Translations under genes and position numbers: made by a program
The notes under the pieces: model-generated
Databases searched by the model: none
What the model was told of the DNA's origin: nothing
Seen by the model: the letters and a program-made list of their open reading frames with translations, nothing else
Shown here: one piece after another, positions 63,110-64,000 of the stretch
Position numbering within the stretch: the first letter of the stretch is position 1
Layout of the letters: each line of letters begins with the position of its first letter
From: Camelus dromedarius
Lineage: Eukaryota
DNA: 64,000 nucleotides
Reading direction: 5' to 3'
Assembly: GCF_036321535.1 (NCBI RefSeq)
Contig: NC_087437.1
Span: forward strand, 23,872,001 to 23,936,000

Positions 63110-63964
63110 TTTTTTTTTTATTTGAAGTACGGTTGATTTACAATGTTGTGTTAGCTTCTGGTGTACAGCATATTGGTTCTGATATACATATATACTTTTT
63201 CATTATAGGTTATTTTAGGATATTGAACATAGTTCCCTGTGCTATACAGTAGGAACTTGTTGTTTATCTATTTTATATATAGTAGTTTGTATCTGCTAAT
63301 CCAAAACTCCTAATTTATCCCTCCCCACCTCTTTACCCTTTGGTAACCATAATTTTGTTTTCTACTTCTGTGAGTCTGTTTCTGTTTTGTAAATAAGTTC
63401 ATTTGTATCATTTTTTTAGATTCCCCAGTAAGTAGTATCATATAATACATGTGTCTTTCTCCTTCTAACTTACTTCACTTAGTATGATAATTGCTAGGTC
63501 CATCCATGTTGCTGCAAATGGCATTATTTCACTCTTTTTATGGCTGAGTAGTATTTCATTTTATATATATATAAATATACCACTACTTCTTTATCCAATC
63601 ATCTGTCAATGGACATCTAGTTTTCTTCCATATCTTAGCTATTGTAAATAGTGCTGCTATGAACATTGGGGTGCATATATCTTTCTGAATTGGAGTTTTC
63701 TCTGAATATATGCCCAGGAGTGGGATTTCTGTATCATAAAGTAACTCTATTTTTAGTTTTTTAAGAAATCTCCGTATTGTTTTCCACAGTGACTGCACTA
63801 AACTACATTTCCACCATCAGTATAGGAGGGTTCCCCTTTCTCCATACCCTCTCCAGCATTCATTGTTTGTGAACTTTTTAATGATGGCCATTCTGACCAG
63901 TGTGAGGTGTTATCTCATTATAGTTTTGATTTGCACTTCTCAGATAATTTAGGATGTTAAGCAT
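63110..63964 (-). mobile_element. L1 3' end (ORF2 C-terminus plus 3' UTR), 5'-truncated, with an imperfect TSD
   Basis: ORF 63583..63798 ...PMFIAALFTIAKIWK; poly-T head; approximate TSD tcccctaatttcttt / tccccaattccttt. Confidence 0.9.
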
Positions 63965-64000
63965 CCCCAATTCCTTTATTGTCCATCATATTGTATGTCA

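Noticed and set aside
1..64000. CRISPR arrays, prokaryotic operons, tRNA/rRNA genes
   Set aside because: The sequence is mammalian intron-exon DNA; no such structures were seen

Overview
Mammalian genomic DNA, AT-rich and repeat-rich. It is probably camelid, inferred from the style of the L1 3' ends and the absence of recognisable ruminant, pig or primate SINEs. The window covers part of the phospholipid scramblase cluster, with both genes on the minus strand. (1) A complete PLSCR1-type gene: CpG-island promoter and non-coding exon 1 near 26.9-27.1 kb with a clear ISRE, plus 8 coding exons from 21415 down to 502 that splice by GT-AG into an intact 333-aa ORF with an expanded YPAPQxG/D heptad repeat. 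(2) The last three coding exons of PLSCR5 (62485-57844), plus a probable 3'-UTR intron and terminal exon. The rest is intronic or intergenic, with L1, L2, MIR, MER5/MER58, MLT1, Tigger1, two TSD-flanked ERV1 solo LTRs and microsatellites. The most interesting lead is a MER41-like solo LTR about 1.1 kb upstream of, and co-oriented with, this interferon-stimulated gene. A GAS/EICE/ISRE motif cluster in the PLSCR5 introns is a second lead. Repeat family names come from pattern recognition, not a database search.
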